Origin: Dendrobates tinctorius
Taxonomy: Eukaryota
Direction of reading: 5' to 3'
DNA: 64,000 bases
Assembly: GCF_039654945.1 (NCBI RefSeq)
Contig: NW_027361693.1
Location: forward strand, 8,122,001 to 8,186,000
Every line of letters begins with the position of its first letter. Position 1 is the stretch's first letter. The notes below the pieces were generated by a model, which saw only the letters and a program-made list of their open reading frames with translations, was not told where the DNA came from and searched no databases. Shown here piece after piece: positions 10,208 to 22,500 of the stretch. Made by a program: the position numbers and the translations under genes.

Positions 10208-10692
10208 ATTACAATTCACCACTGCAAGGATCCAGTGCCCGTCAAATGATTATATAGTAACTCACATGTATATAGCCTTGTGCCACGTCCCTAACCCCGA
10301 CGCGCGTTTCGTCCTGTTCTTCAGGGAGCGGGCACTGGATCCTTGCGGTGGTGAATTGTAATTGGATTATTCCATTCTTTTAGATGTGGATGGGCTATGG
10401 CTTTGCCGGGCTTAACACATTGACTGGAGGTCAAAATAATTATTTAGCCCCGCATTAGTAACATTAAAGGGTCAGTGAAGGTTAATGATTGCATATTGAT
10501 AACTATGTATTTAGTGGTCTGTAGCCTTTTTTAGTCCTGCCACAGAGGTTATGTCAGCTTGTATTATAATTTTTGTTGTAATTATTAAAAGATTTTCTCC
10601 ATGTGGAATAATAAAACTAATTTTTTAATTGTTTGAACACTTTGCTAGTTCCTGTTTTATCTTTAACAACATAGAACAGATGGGTTTGATGT
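10208..10692. mobile_element. 485-bp non-coding PLE-type insertion with a minimal hammerhead
   Basis: TSD CTTTGTTAGACTTCT (10193-10207 and 10693-10707). An internal inverted repeat (10209-10240 / 10330-10361) brackets an HHR at 10295-10328 on the minus strand. Confidence 0.75.
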
Positions 10693-11144
10693 CTTTGTTA
10701 GACTTCTGTCCACGGTGTCTTTCATCTCTTCGCAGACCTATGCACACATAATACATCTCCCTATGGTGTTACTGCTATCTCCTGTCAGCGGTCCACAAAG
10801 TTCTCCCAATTCGCTATTACACCTCCCCAACCATGTCCTGCCCTCTGACCGCACACTACCGCTATATTTTTGATAGCCTTTCTGCTATCACAATCAGTAA
10901 ATCACTGTTTTTAGTGCTGCAATACACAGAGACATGCTGTGGAACACACTGCCATATTCTTCCTGTTTGCTACATTAGGTTCATTACATCTCAGTGACCG
11001 ATTGGATGCCAGCCTTATAGTCCCGCCCCCTCCCCCTCTTAAGCCCAGTGAACACTATGCCTAGCCAGACATACAGTGGATACTGTGTCTGGAGGCACGT
11101 CCTGCCCCATCTACTGTCTAACACAAGGTAACCAAATACCCCTA

Positions 11145-11156
11145 TATATATATACA

Positions 11157-11209
<53 letters not shown>

Positions 11210-11220
11210 TATATTATATA
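11145..11220. repeat. (TA)n microsatellite
   Basis: Direct inspection. Confidence 0.95.
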
Positions 11221-11835
11221 TTGCAGTATGCAGATTCTTTCTTTACTATTTTAGTAACGGCCCTCTGTACATAATCTCTAACACATTTGCAGGCTGTGGG
11301 ACGGATCTCCCCTGTGAACAGCATACGTGCATATTTTGCCCCATCTACTGGCTTCTATAAGGTAACATATATGTATTCTAGCATTCTACAACAGGCAGTG
11401 GGACGGACCACCCCAGTGAGTAGCATTCACATGCCAAAACTGCACCCTTTACCTGCCACTACTGAGACTCACTCTCTTGTTAATTCTCTTTTTAATAGAT
11501 TAAGAGCACATGAATCTTCACAATAGGTTTATTACCTATTACCACGTATTTGGTACAGTATGGTACGTCAGATACCCCATTGGGGATACTTACCTTCTCT
11601 TTTCTTCATCTTGTTTTCAGTCCTAGGGTTGATTGAGCGTGGTTTCTTTTTAGGTTTGACTGCATTTAATGATGTTGCTATATGTTTGACCATATCCTAT
11701 GTACATACCTTGTTTCTGTTCATTTTTTGCTAATTGGATTATTTTTTATGTTTTTTTATATTTATTTATTTTCTATGTCTGTGCATTTGATTTTGTAGTA
11801 ACTAAAGAAGATCAAAACTTGACCGAAACGTTCCT

Positions 11836-14260
11836 CCTAGCTTTGTGTAATTAGCAAATGTAATCAATTTACCCTTAATTCCTTCATCTTAATGATTCAT
11901 AGACATGTTGAACAGCATAGGACTCAAGACAGAGCTCTATGGTACTCAAATTGAGACATTCTTCCAATTGAATTTACAGCCATTTATGACTATTCTTTGG
12001 GCCTGATCACTAAGCAAGTTATAAATCCAGCTAACCTTGCCTTGTCCATTCCATAGTTGGTCATTTTTCCAATAAGGATAGTATTATATACTTTGTTAAA
12101 TGACTTGCTGAAGTCAATAAATACAATTTCTACTCTGCTTCCCTGATTTATCCAGTCATTGATTATGTCATATGAGTAAATTAAGTTAGTCTGACAAGGC
12201 TTATTAGTTAAAAACCCATTCTGGCTCTTGTTAATCACTTAATTCTAATCCAGGTGCTTGAATACATGTTTAATAATTTGGTCAAAGATCTTTCCTGGTA
12301 TAGAAGTCAGGCTCATAGAACTATATTTCCCTGGTCCTCCTTCTTACCCTTTTTGAACGGATAACATTTGATCTTCTCCAGTCTTCTGTGACTTCTTTTC
12401 TCCAAAAATGTCAAAGATTATGGAGAGTGGTTCAATAATTTTCTCTGCTACCTCCTTCATTACCATAGGATGTACTTCATCTGGGCCTGTACAAGTAAAT
12501 TTATTTATGTTAGCTAAGTATTCCCTCGCTATCTCTCTGTTTATAGATAGTGTGAATTCTTCTATTCCTTCATTAGTCCGGTGAAGATCAGTTGATGTTG
12601 CATTTACTTTCTGAGAGAAAACAGATGCAAAATAGGAATTTAAAAGTTTGGTCTTCTCAACATCATTTTTTACCACTTCACCTTTTGCATCCTGTAAAAA
12701 TCGTACAGCATCTTCGGTGTTTCTCTTTCTTTTGACATACCCTCAAAATCTTTTTTATTGCTTTTGACGCCTCTTGCAGGCTTTAATTTATTATCGGCTT
12801 CAGATAATCTGATGCATACCCTGCAGGTTCTGCAGACAGCATTATATTATTCTTTAGATATGCCTCTCTCTTTCCATTTGATGTACATTTTTTTCTTCTT
12901 TTTTAGCATGTGTTTAAGTTTTGTGTCCATCCATCCTGGCTTCCTTAAATGCTTCCTATTCTTCCCTGTTTTAGGGATTAATAATGACTGCACTTTGAGA
13001 ATCAAATTTTGTAAAATTTCCCATCCTTCCTGGACATTTTAGTGCTTAAGGACATTCAGTCATTGGATCCATCCTATCCTCTTTCTGAGACCCTTAAAAT
13101 CTGTTTTTCTGAAATCCAACCTTGAAGTCCACGTCTTCACAGGTCTCCCTACTCTAGGTATCCAAAATTCTATGATAGCATGATTTCTGTCTCCTAGGGT
13201 CCCAGCCAACCTTACTTCCTCAACAATTTCCTCCCTGTTTATAAGGATTAGATACATGGTAGCAGATCACCTTGTTTTCACCTCTACCTTTTGGAAATAA
13301 AGTTGTCAGCAAGAGAGAATGAATTTGCTGGACCTGTTTGTTTTGCCTGAAAGAAATTTCCCAAAAATGTCTGGATATTTCAAATTTCCCATAATCAATA
13401 TGCCATACTGTTTGATAATGTGGCCAACTAATTCAAAAAGAGTTCATCCGTATCTTCGGCTTGCCCAGGTGGCCTGTAATAAACGCCTACAATGGTGTCC
13501 TTTCCATTGTTCTCTCCTTGTATTCTTACCCAGTTTCCATAGAGCTCCCAGTCTCTGAAGCTTCAGTCACTGTGGAGAAATACACTCTCTTAGCATACAT
13601 TGTGACACCTCCTCCTCGTTTAATAAGTTTGTTTCAAGCAAATAAGTTGTATCCTTCTAGTTTCAATTATGCCAATAACGTCATATTCCTTTTCCTGTGC
13701 TAGTAGCTCCAATTCTTCTTGTCTGTTGCCTATGTTCTGTGCCTTTGTATAGAAACTTATAAGTTTGTGATCCATTTCTCTGGATCAGAAGACCACCTGA
13801 GCTCCCAGTTCTTCAAAGTCACTGCAGATGGTTTCCAGGTCCTTTCTTGTGGTGTCACATGTATTTGCAAGAATGGATAGCCATTTGTTTGTCTGAAGAG
13901 TCCTGAAATCCTGTCAGACACATCTTTGATTTTTGCACCTGGAAGACAGCACATTTCTTTTGAGATTATATTCGGTCTGCAGATAGCAACCTCTGTTCCT
14001 CTCAACATGGAATCCCCAATGACCACCACTCTCCGTTTCTTCACATTTTTCTTTCTCCATAAAAGAGGACTCTGAGTACTTAGAAGGAGGTTGTTCTTTG
14101 TGGGCAAATTTTTATATTGATGTATTTGATCATCCTGCGTGAGTACTGTTGCTCCTGAGCCGTATGGGTGCTGATTGCTTCCCGATTCTCCTGCTTCTCT
14201 TGGTCACATGCATCCATTCCTCTGTTACTTCTCTTTCTGTATTCTGAAGAGATATTTCTG
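11836..14260 (-). mobile_element. Degraded CR1 LINE (ORF1 esterase and ORF2 fragments)
   Basis: VVVIGDSMLRG..CCLPGAKIKDV (SGNH esterase); SQNGF..CQTNL..VFIDFSKSF; LLNSYFASVF; GPDEVHP. Confidence 0.88.
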
Positions 14261-14633
14261 CTGATGCAAGATGTAGCTAGAAGTGAAATCTAGACATCAG
14301 GCAGGGAGGGTAGTCACATGGTTCGTCCCATGGACCAGTGTTTTCAGCCTTTCAGTAGTCTCGGTCCGCACACCCGACTAAAATATCAGGAGGGTCGGAT
14401 GTGGCCCGCGAGACTCACTTTGCCTAGATCTGATCTAATGTGTATGGCGAACTTAATAGTTTGTCAATTTGTAAGATCACCCAGGTTACAGATTATATTT
14501 TGTGGTGAATGGTGAGTGCTAATAGTGTTACTGAACACTTTAAATTTCACTTTTATAAATTTTCCAGTCATCTGGCAACATGTACATCTTGTCTATTTTA
14601 AATGTCTGTATTAAATGTCTGACTGATAATTAA

Positions 14634-15643
14634 TAGTGAGGGGAGAGCATGCTCAGGACTACTCTAGACTCGATCAAGTATCCTGCTGCTTGATGTAATC
14701 AGCACTCTGTCAAGCATTCGGGTACTCGCTCTCCATGTTCAATTTTCCACCCTTCATGTTTGGTGCCTGATTTTCAGCCAGTAGACAAGCGATTATCCGG
14801 TTGCTCCCTTGTAATGATTGATTCCCCGCCCTGCATGTGTGGCACCTGATTTTCAGCCACTAGACATGCGGGTATTGCCTGCCAATCAAAATAATGCCGT
14901 AGCCATGTTGGCTACCTCATTACTGGCTACTGTTGGCTACTAGCATTACTGTGATTAGCCAGCCGCATAGCATCATCAAATCTATATATGACCAGGTGCA
15001 GCCAATTTACTCTTATTGTATGTGGCAGAAGCTTAAGGAAAGCTTCAGGAGAAGTGACAGTGTGTTGGACAGCATTTATCTATCTGGTTGTGCAATCTTA
15101 AATCATTTTAATCTATAATACTGCAGTTAGCTACATCTAAGAAAGGATTATTATCTACTGTTGTAAGAAGAGTGTGGCTATGTTTTTCACTTGTTTGTAT
15201 AGAGTCCTGCATTGAGAAACAATCTATGTAGTTTATTTTCTTTGTAATGAATCAGAAAGGTCCATGGTTTGTTGTAGTATTGTTGTAATTTTTGCTCTGT
15301 GTTTTTTGTAAGCGTCTACCAAATGTCCAACTGGGTGTCTGTATATAGTGGAGACAGGTCAAAAACTTAGAACAAGACTGAATTCTCATCGCCACACAAT
15401 AAAAAAATGCTGTTCCCATTCCTTTTGCTCATGCTGTTCTCACTCCTTTTGAGCAATTTTTTCATCCATTTCAGCAGTTTTAATTCACCCCAGACCTCCT
15501 GGGAAGCTTCGCCAGGAAAATGCTCGAGATTCCTACCGCCTTCCAATATACTCGTTACTCAAGATGAGCACTCAAGCATGATGAAAAGCTTGATAAGAGT
15601 AGCGAGCACCCAAGTATTTTAGCACTACTGTAGCTCATCACTA
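14634..15643. mobile_element. Non-autonomous hAT element
   Basis: Terminal inverted repeats (TIRs) TAGTGA..AG / CTCATCACTA. 8-bp TSD ATAATTAA/ACAATTAA. Same terminus as the element starting at 46082. Confidence 0.75.
15318..15404 (+). pseudogene. PLE GIY-YIG endonuclease fragment
   Basis: Translates to TKCPTGCLYIVETGQKLRTRLNSHRHTIK. Confidence 0.7.
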
Positions 15644-16399
15644 ACAATTAACTGACCTCTAGGTGTTTAAGTCTGGGAAAAAAATATAATAATTAATGGG
15701 TTGTGTTTTATTATTGATAAGTGGATTGATGTGTAGCTATATTAAAATATATATTTATATATATATATATATTAGAACTTTCTACTGACTGATAAATCAC
15801 TATGAGTTACTTAGATTTGCCAGAGTGCAGGATTTACTTAGTCAATATTTTCTAAGAAGACTTTTCTTATACGTTCAATCAACTTTCATCAACTTGTGCT
15901 ATAGTCAAAGCAGGAATTTTGACATGGCAGAAGGAAAATGTCAATTACTGATTACAGAAATGTTGGTTGTAGTGAGTTAAGTCAATGCACCTTTCACCTA
16001 CCTTCAAGCATTAAATTCTACCAGGTTGAGTCCAAAAGAGTCAATAGAATTTGCTCTCATAATGCGCTACGTAGAAAAAGACAAAATTGGAACCTGTTGA
16101 GAAAGATCTTCAAGCGTTTTATATACCTTATATACCTAACACTGAATACATTTTAAATTATACTTATGAACTTCAAAAGAGATCTGCAACTTGACTGAAC
16201 ATAGAAAGTAGTATTACTACAGTTTTCATCTATTTAGAGAAAAATAAAATCTACTGAGCCCTGAACTCTCAATTACACTTTAAACTAACATGCAAATCAA
16301 TTTCCAGCAAGAGCATTTTTCACATATTTAGGTTACATGATGTGACAGTGAATGTAAAAAAACAAACTAAATAGCTCTCAGTAAAATAAAAATAATGTT

Positions 16400-16495
16400 A
16401 CATGCCTGACAGCATTGTGCCAACAGTGAAGGGTGGTGGAGGATCAATAATGCTACTAGGCTGTTTTTTAGGGGTTGGCTTAGTTCTATTTATTC
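16400..16495 (+). mobile_element. Tc1/mariner transposase fragment
   Basis: IVPTVKGGGGSIMLLGCF, a match to the Tc1 TVKHGGGSIM.WGCF motif. Confidence 0.7.
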
Positions 16496-16784
16496 AAGTC
16501 AGTAGCTTAGCTACTGGGGGGGGCAGAAGGGGCCATTGCCCTGGGCCCAGTCACATGCAGGGGCCCACTGGGAGACATGGCAACTTTTGTCATTTGGCCA
16601 TATCTGACAGGGAAATAGCAGCACAATGCCTGCTCTCTGCAAAGTGGCAGGTTGCAGAGTCTATCTGTGCAGTGTACGGTGCTGCTGTCACACCTGAGGA
16701 ACTACTTCTTGACCGGCAGCAGCTGCAGTTTCTGCCGTGCAGGCTCTGGTTGTCTCAGCTACACTGGGTCCTAGTGACATCTTT

Positions 16785-17541
16785 TTGATCACGTGTTATC
16801 CCACATTTTGTTCGGTGGTATGATGATAAAATATTGTTTTTTTGCCTTGTTTTTTTAATAGTGTTCATTAAAGGGGTTAACTAGTGAGACAGTTTTATAG
16901 GTCGGGTCGTTACGGACGCGGCGATACTAAATATGTGTACTTTTATTATTTAGATTTTTTAATTCAAATATTGATTTAATGATAGAATAAATATTGATTT
17001 TTTATTATTATTTTTAAAATATTTTTACAATTATTTATTTTTAAATTTTATTGTATGTTTTACACTGTGTCCCACTATGGGACACTCATTTTGTGCAAGC
17101 TGATTACTTATATGGCATGCAGATCTGCATACTATATAAGCTGTCAGCGCTGGATGTAATTTCTCAGTAACCTGAGACTTCCTGACATGCACTGCGCATG
17201 ACAGGACGTATCTGAGCTCTGGTAACCTGGATGTCATCAAGACGACATTGGGTTACCATGGGAGCGATGGGGACCCCGCAGCCCCTCTGTCTGCTCCCAG
17301 AACACTGTGATCATGCGTGATTGCTGTGTGCCGGGGCTTAAAATGCCGGGAGCAGTCCGTGACCGCTGCTGGCACTTAGTGCCGTGTGTCAGCTATGAGA
17401 GTCAGCTGACACATGGCCGTGATCAGCCACGCTCCCCCCCATGAGCGCGGCTGATTGCCTGTGAAGTAGTATTCCGTCCATAGGAATTAAGTCCCAGGAC
17501 ACATGGGCAGAACAGTACGTCCAATGTCAAAAAGGGGTTAA
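16785..17541 (-). mobile_element. Fragment of a TTAA-type (piggyBac-like) non-autonomous element
   Basis: Reverse-complement similarity to 22400-23230; ends AAGGGGTTAA. Confidence 0.6.
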
Positions 17542-17544
17542 AAC

Positions 17545-17706
17545 ATTCTCTCTTTCATTATTCTGGCTTTTGGGAAATATTAATAATTATGGTAATCCTA
17601 ACTGACCTAAAACGGGAAAGGTTTATTCTGATTTTATATCAGATATTGAGAAAAACATGCATGTGTGTTTTTTATATAGTGTATGTAAACTTCTGGTTTC
17701 AACTGT
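17545..17706. mobile_element. Tc1-type terminal fragment
   Basis: Ends TATGTAAACTTCTGGTTTCAACTG|TA, a Tc1-like TIR. Confidence 0.6.
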
Positions 17707-17737
17707 AAATGTATATATATATACATATATATATGTT

Positions 17738-19535
17738 TAAAAAAATTTTTTGGCACGGCCAGCTCACGGCTTTGAAGAAAACCAGGAATAAGTCCAGCCT
17801 GTGGTAGCAGTTCGCACGGAAAACGGATTGGGATAAATCCTTGCATGTAAAAGAAATAGTATGGTTTCTCCAGCGATCAGTCCAATGGTGGGGTAAAATA
17901 TAACTTTTATTTTTCCATTAAAAAGATTCCATGCTTCTTCAGTAACATTTTTGCAAATAGTCAATCCCTTGTGGATGACATGTTTCGACACTAAATGTGT
18001 TTTCCTCCAGGTCCAAGTGAGGAATGAATCAAAACCGCATATATAATATGGTGGGAATGATCTAAAAACCATTATGAGAAAGCTGGAATCTGCAAAGAGT
18101 AAGGCTGGAGTCACACATAGCGACTCACCAGCGATCCTGACAACGATATTAATGTGTCAGGATCGCTGGTGAATCACTATGTGATCGCTGGTGAGCTGTC
18201 AAACAGACAGCTTCACCAGCGATCAGCACAGCGACGCCCAGCGCCTGGCGTCGCTGTGCACGTTAGTAACCAGCACGCTGATGCAAGAAGCTGGTAGCTA
18301 ACGTACACATCGGGTATCCAAGGGACGTGTGTCCCTAGATACCCGATGTGTATGTTAGTTACCAGCTCCTTGCATCAGCGTGCTGGTAACTAACGTACAC
18401 ATCGGGTATCTGATGGACGCACGTCCCTTGGATAACCGATGTGTACATTAGTTACCAGCAGATCGCTGGTCTCCCGCCTGTCACACGCAGCGATGTGTGG
18501 TAGCCAGCGGGAGCCCAGCGACCAAAAAAAGTCCTGGCCTTTCCTGCAGTTATCAGCGATACCGGCAGGGGGGCCAGTCACTGATCGCTGTCACACACAG
18601 CGATCTCGCTGTTGTGTCACAAAAATTGACTCAGCAGCGATCTCACTAGCGAGATCGCTATGTCTGACTGGGCCTTAAGGAGCTCAAGCTCTGGTGGGAT
18701 CACAATTCACTTAGTAACTATGCAGACAAGAACATGATCCCCAGAGGCTTAAGAATAAAAAAAAACTAACAACTGCAAATTATGGAGAAGTGTTCAGATT
18801 GAAATGGGAGGAAATTTTAAGCAACTGCTCAATAGATCTTATTCACCTCATCATTGAAGAGGAAGAAAAAGAATTAAATACGATTAAAACCACGATTAAA
18901 TCTCAGCAAGGTCAGATTAAATCCTTCCAAAATAATGAGGATTTTAAAAAATTACAACGAAAAATGGATAAAAATTTAACTAAACTTGAAAACACAATAA
19001 CTGAAACAAAACGATTTGGAGGATTATAAAAATAATATAGTTTATGATTGGAATAAAACCCCTTGTCCCATTCTTAGAAGGCTGCGAAAAGATAAAAATA
19101 ATAAGAAAAATCCTGTTTCTGCTCAACCCAAAGTTACTTTTTCAACCTCGGAACAATCATCAGTGAATTCATCCGATGAAGCTTCAGATACTTCAGTCAG
19201 TACAGGTGCTGCAATATATAATTCCAAAGACAAACCTAATGTAAACAATGAGGCTATGGTTACAATGAGGTCAAAAAACGGAGGAGGAGGGGGGGCGCAA
19301 GCATCGAAGGAGGGGGTTACCAGACACGGGCAAAAAACGGAGACGGTGAATGTCCCAATTTAGAACCTCTCCAGCTATGTCCTTTCCTTAGCCCAGATAT
19401 CCCTGCTATCAAAGGGATTGGGCTTCTCCCCTACTAAGGACTTTAATTTGTATCAAACCATTAAACCACTATTTTAATGGAAAAATAAAAGTTATATTTT
19501 ACCCCACCATTGGACTGATCGCTGGAGAAACCATA
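17738..19535 (+). mobile_element. Penelope-like element D remnant (ORF1, start of ORF2, inverted pLTR)
   Basis: KELKLWWDHNSLSNYADKNMIPRGLRIK, KWEEILSNCSIDLI and NLSSYVLS..LLSKGLGFSP. Inverted repeat ~17861-17923 / 19471-19533. Degenerate HHR at 17972-18015 (-). Flanked by TA-rich microsatellite. Confidence 0.85.
18102..18675. mobile_element. Palindromic MITE (Harbinger-like) inserted in PLE-D ORF1
   Basis: TIRs AGGC..GTCACACATAGCGA with TA(A) duplication. Removing it restores the ORF1 reading ..AKSKELKLWW... Confidence 0.85.
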
Positions 19536-22500
19536 ATATATATATATTTATATATATGCTTGTGAACTTTATCTGTATCTGATGAAGGTCTATTTGTAAG
19601 GACAGAAACATCATATATGATTTCCAAAGCAGATTTAATTTACATCTCCTGTACTTTAGGAGAGCCAAATTTCTTATGAAAATTGAATTTAGGATTGATT
19701 GAATCCTATTTGTGCATCCACATATCTGGAGTGTCACATGTCTTTACTGTTACACAATAACCTAAATTATTCATTAATAATTAAGAAATGTTTCTCGTTA
19801 TATTATTGCTGTTTTTGTCTGTAAACCAAGCATTCTCATTTCAAGTTAATAAGTATAAGAGAAATATTTGATCCACTGAATGGAATATGTGCGTGTCTTG
19901 GCACAGAAATTAAAATAAAAATAAATATTCAGTATACCAGTGGAATACTCAATGAGTTGTGTGAAAGCATGTAATTCTAGAAAATCATCTGCAAAATAAG
20001 TTAGCGCTATGTGCTTTATGAGAAATAAATAACAATTTAGATAATAATCAAATGTTTCATTTGTTAGAGTTTTACTGTCATATCAAAGGCAACAATCTTT
20101 GACTTTCTACTGTATATTATTTGCATATTTTAAGGGTCTTCATCTTTAAAGTCTATTACTATATGTGACATATAGATTCTACAGAAATAGACTCATTGCA
20201 AAAAATCAGATCATGGCTCAATTCTGTTTTTACAAAATGCAAAAAAACATTCAATATAGGAGATGCTGATCTAACCATTCCACTTTCTCTGTCCTCCATT
20301 TTGCATCATTTATGGAAGAAGTCATGTTTAGGCTTATACTGTACATACTGTAGAAAATGAGGATAGGTTTATTTTCAGCAGATTTTCCTCCCCTTGTTGC
20401 ACTTTATTTAGCAGTTGTCTGGTATTCATTAAATCATGGTTGGAAAGCCTAATGCAAACTGCAGTGTTTTAGCCAGTCTTTCCTCAGTCTTTGCATTCCA
20501 AGTCAAAAACAGGTGTGAACCTTAAAATGATTTTTAGTCCTGATTTTGAATTACAAATGCTATTGAAATTCTGAATAAAAATATTTATAAATAAATTTAA
20601 CTTACTTTTGGAAACAAAAGATTTTCTTGCTAATTGGAATAAAAAAAGAATTAGGAAACAAAAGAAAACCTTTAATGTGATGTACATGTATAGCATCCAT
20701 GTCTTATTGACATAGAACCTAGTAAAGAGATAATGTTATTAATAACATGGATTACTAAAAGCAATTTCGAAGCTACATAATAAAATAATTTTCAAATTAA
20801 AAGGCGGTTAATAATTTAATAGCGCTGGGCTTTATCTCAATGCATATTGAAAAAAAGTTTAACATAATTGAACTAGACTTCAGAGGAATCCCTAAAAGAA
20901 TGTTCTCCAGCTTCAATTTTTTCTTTCTTCCGCTCACAAGTAATAATTAACCTTGACATTTAAAAATAAACTTGAAATTCTGTTCTCACATATTGTTAAC
21001 AGGGAAGCTTAGTTTAATCATCACTGGGACTTATGCAGCTCAGTGCTTATTTGAAGACTAATAGAAGCTCTTTACACTTATTATTCCGTTGCTGATTTGA
21101 TACTAGCATAAATTCCATAATCTTCATAATGGCAGCAATAAGCCAGATGGAAAGGGCTTAAAATTATTTTTTGGTAACATACAATTGCTGACATAAGGCC
21201 CCTTGATAATGATGTTGATTACATCATAAGTTTCTGCTCTTTGTCTATACCAAATAAAGGTTGTGTGTACTCAGCCTATCATTGACTTATTAGATAATCT
21301 TAATGGAAAATGTAATATTAAAATAGCTCTGAGAGTAGTGACGCAAACTATTTGAATTATTTGAATTGTAAATAACATTTAATGTTATTCATGTCCTGAA
21401 TTGGGCTAATTAGATTAAACTACACTATAACAGTTCTTAATGCTGCAGCTGTTTTTATTCTCATGAATGGTCATACGATTAATTCCTTCTGAAACTTATC
21501 AATGCATGAAATAATATAAACATTGTTTTTTTTCCTAACCTAGAATTGCTTTGTAGGCTTAAACACAAAAAATCCCACATACTTTTCTGACTTGTTGCTT
21601 CCCTAATTTTCAAATGATTTCTCATTATAATATCATTTACTTAAAAAAACAAAATAGGCCAGAATTTTAATCAAAATTAACATGAATAGATCTCATGATA
21701 CCATAAATGATGCTTGTGTACAAATTAATGATCTATTCTCATTTACTTTTCCTATTTCCCCTCTATTGCAGTTTGAAATATTTCAGTCTTGATTGAACAA
21801 TTACAATGATTGGACCAATTTTCATTAAAGAGGTTATCCAACCTTTAAAAATTAATGGTCTAATTGATGGAAAAAACCATCAGAATATATGTGGTGAGAT
21901 GTCAACTCCCAACTGTGGCAATATGGCACTGGTTCAAATAATGCTTTCTCAATAAAGACTCTTCAGAGCTTCAGGATGCTTTGCATTTCCAAACACACAA
22001 TCATTTTTTGTAGCAGAAATGCAAGTTATTGCAAAGTTGTTCTATTCACTGGAATGAGGCAATGCTTCAAAAATGTATGAGTACAAATGAGTCTAAAAGC
22101 ACTATAAAAATTGAAGAAGCTGCAGCTTGGGTCCTGAAAGGCAGGGATGGACCCTCACTGATGTAATATTGATGACCAATACAAGGAAAGGTCATAAAAA
22201 AAACGAATAACTAATTTAACTTAGATTATAATTAATTATTAACTATAACACGTAAAATCGACTTTTACCTTTCAATAATAATCAACAATGATATAATGGT
22301 ATATAAGCAAAAACTGAAAGGATGTTTCACCTTAATCTGTGCCCATATCTCTAACACTACAAATGAAAGGCATCTTTTTAATGCAGAAAAGTTTCACCTT
22401 TTACTCCTTTCTGACTTCCGACGTACTATCCCATCCACGGTTCCCAGGCCCGTATGACCGGGGACGAGGTAGTACATCACCGTGATCAGCGATGCTCATG

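Larger units (their letters stand above)
9330..11835. repeat. Inverted pair of PLE-A pLTR-like segments (~9395-10190 versus ~11045-11835)
   Basis: Long reverse-complement similarity (mirror ORFs 9703-9897 and 11287-11526). Each arm carries a hammerhead-like motif. Confidence 0.8.
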
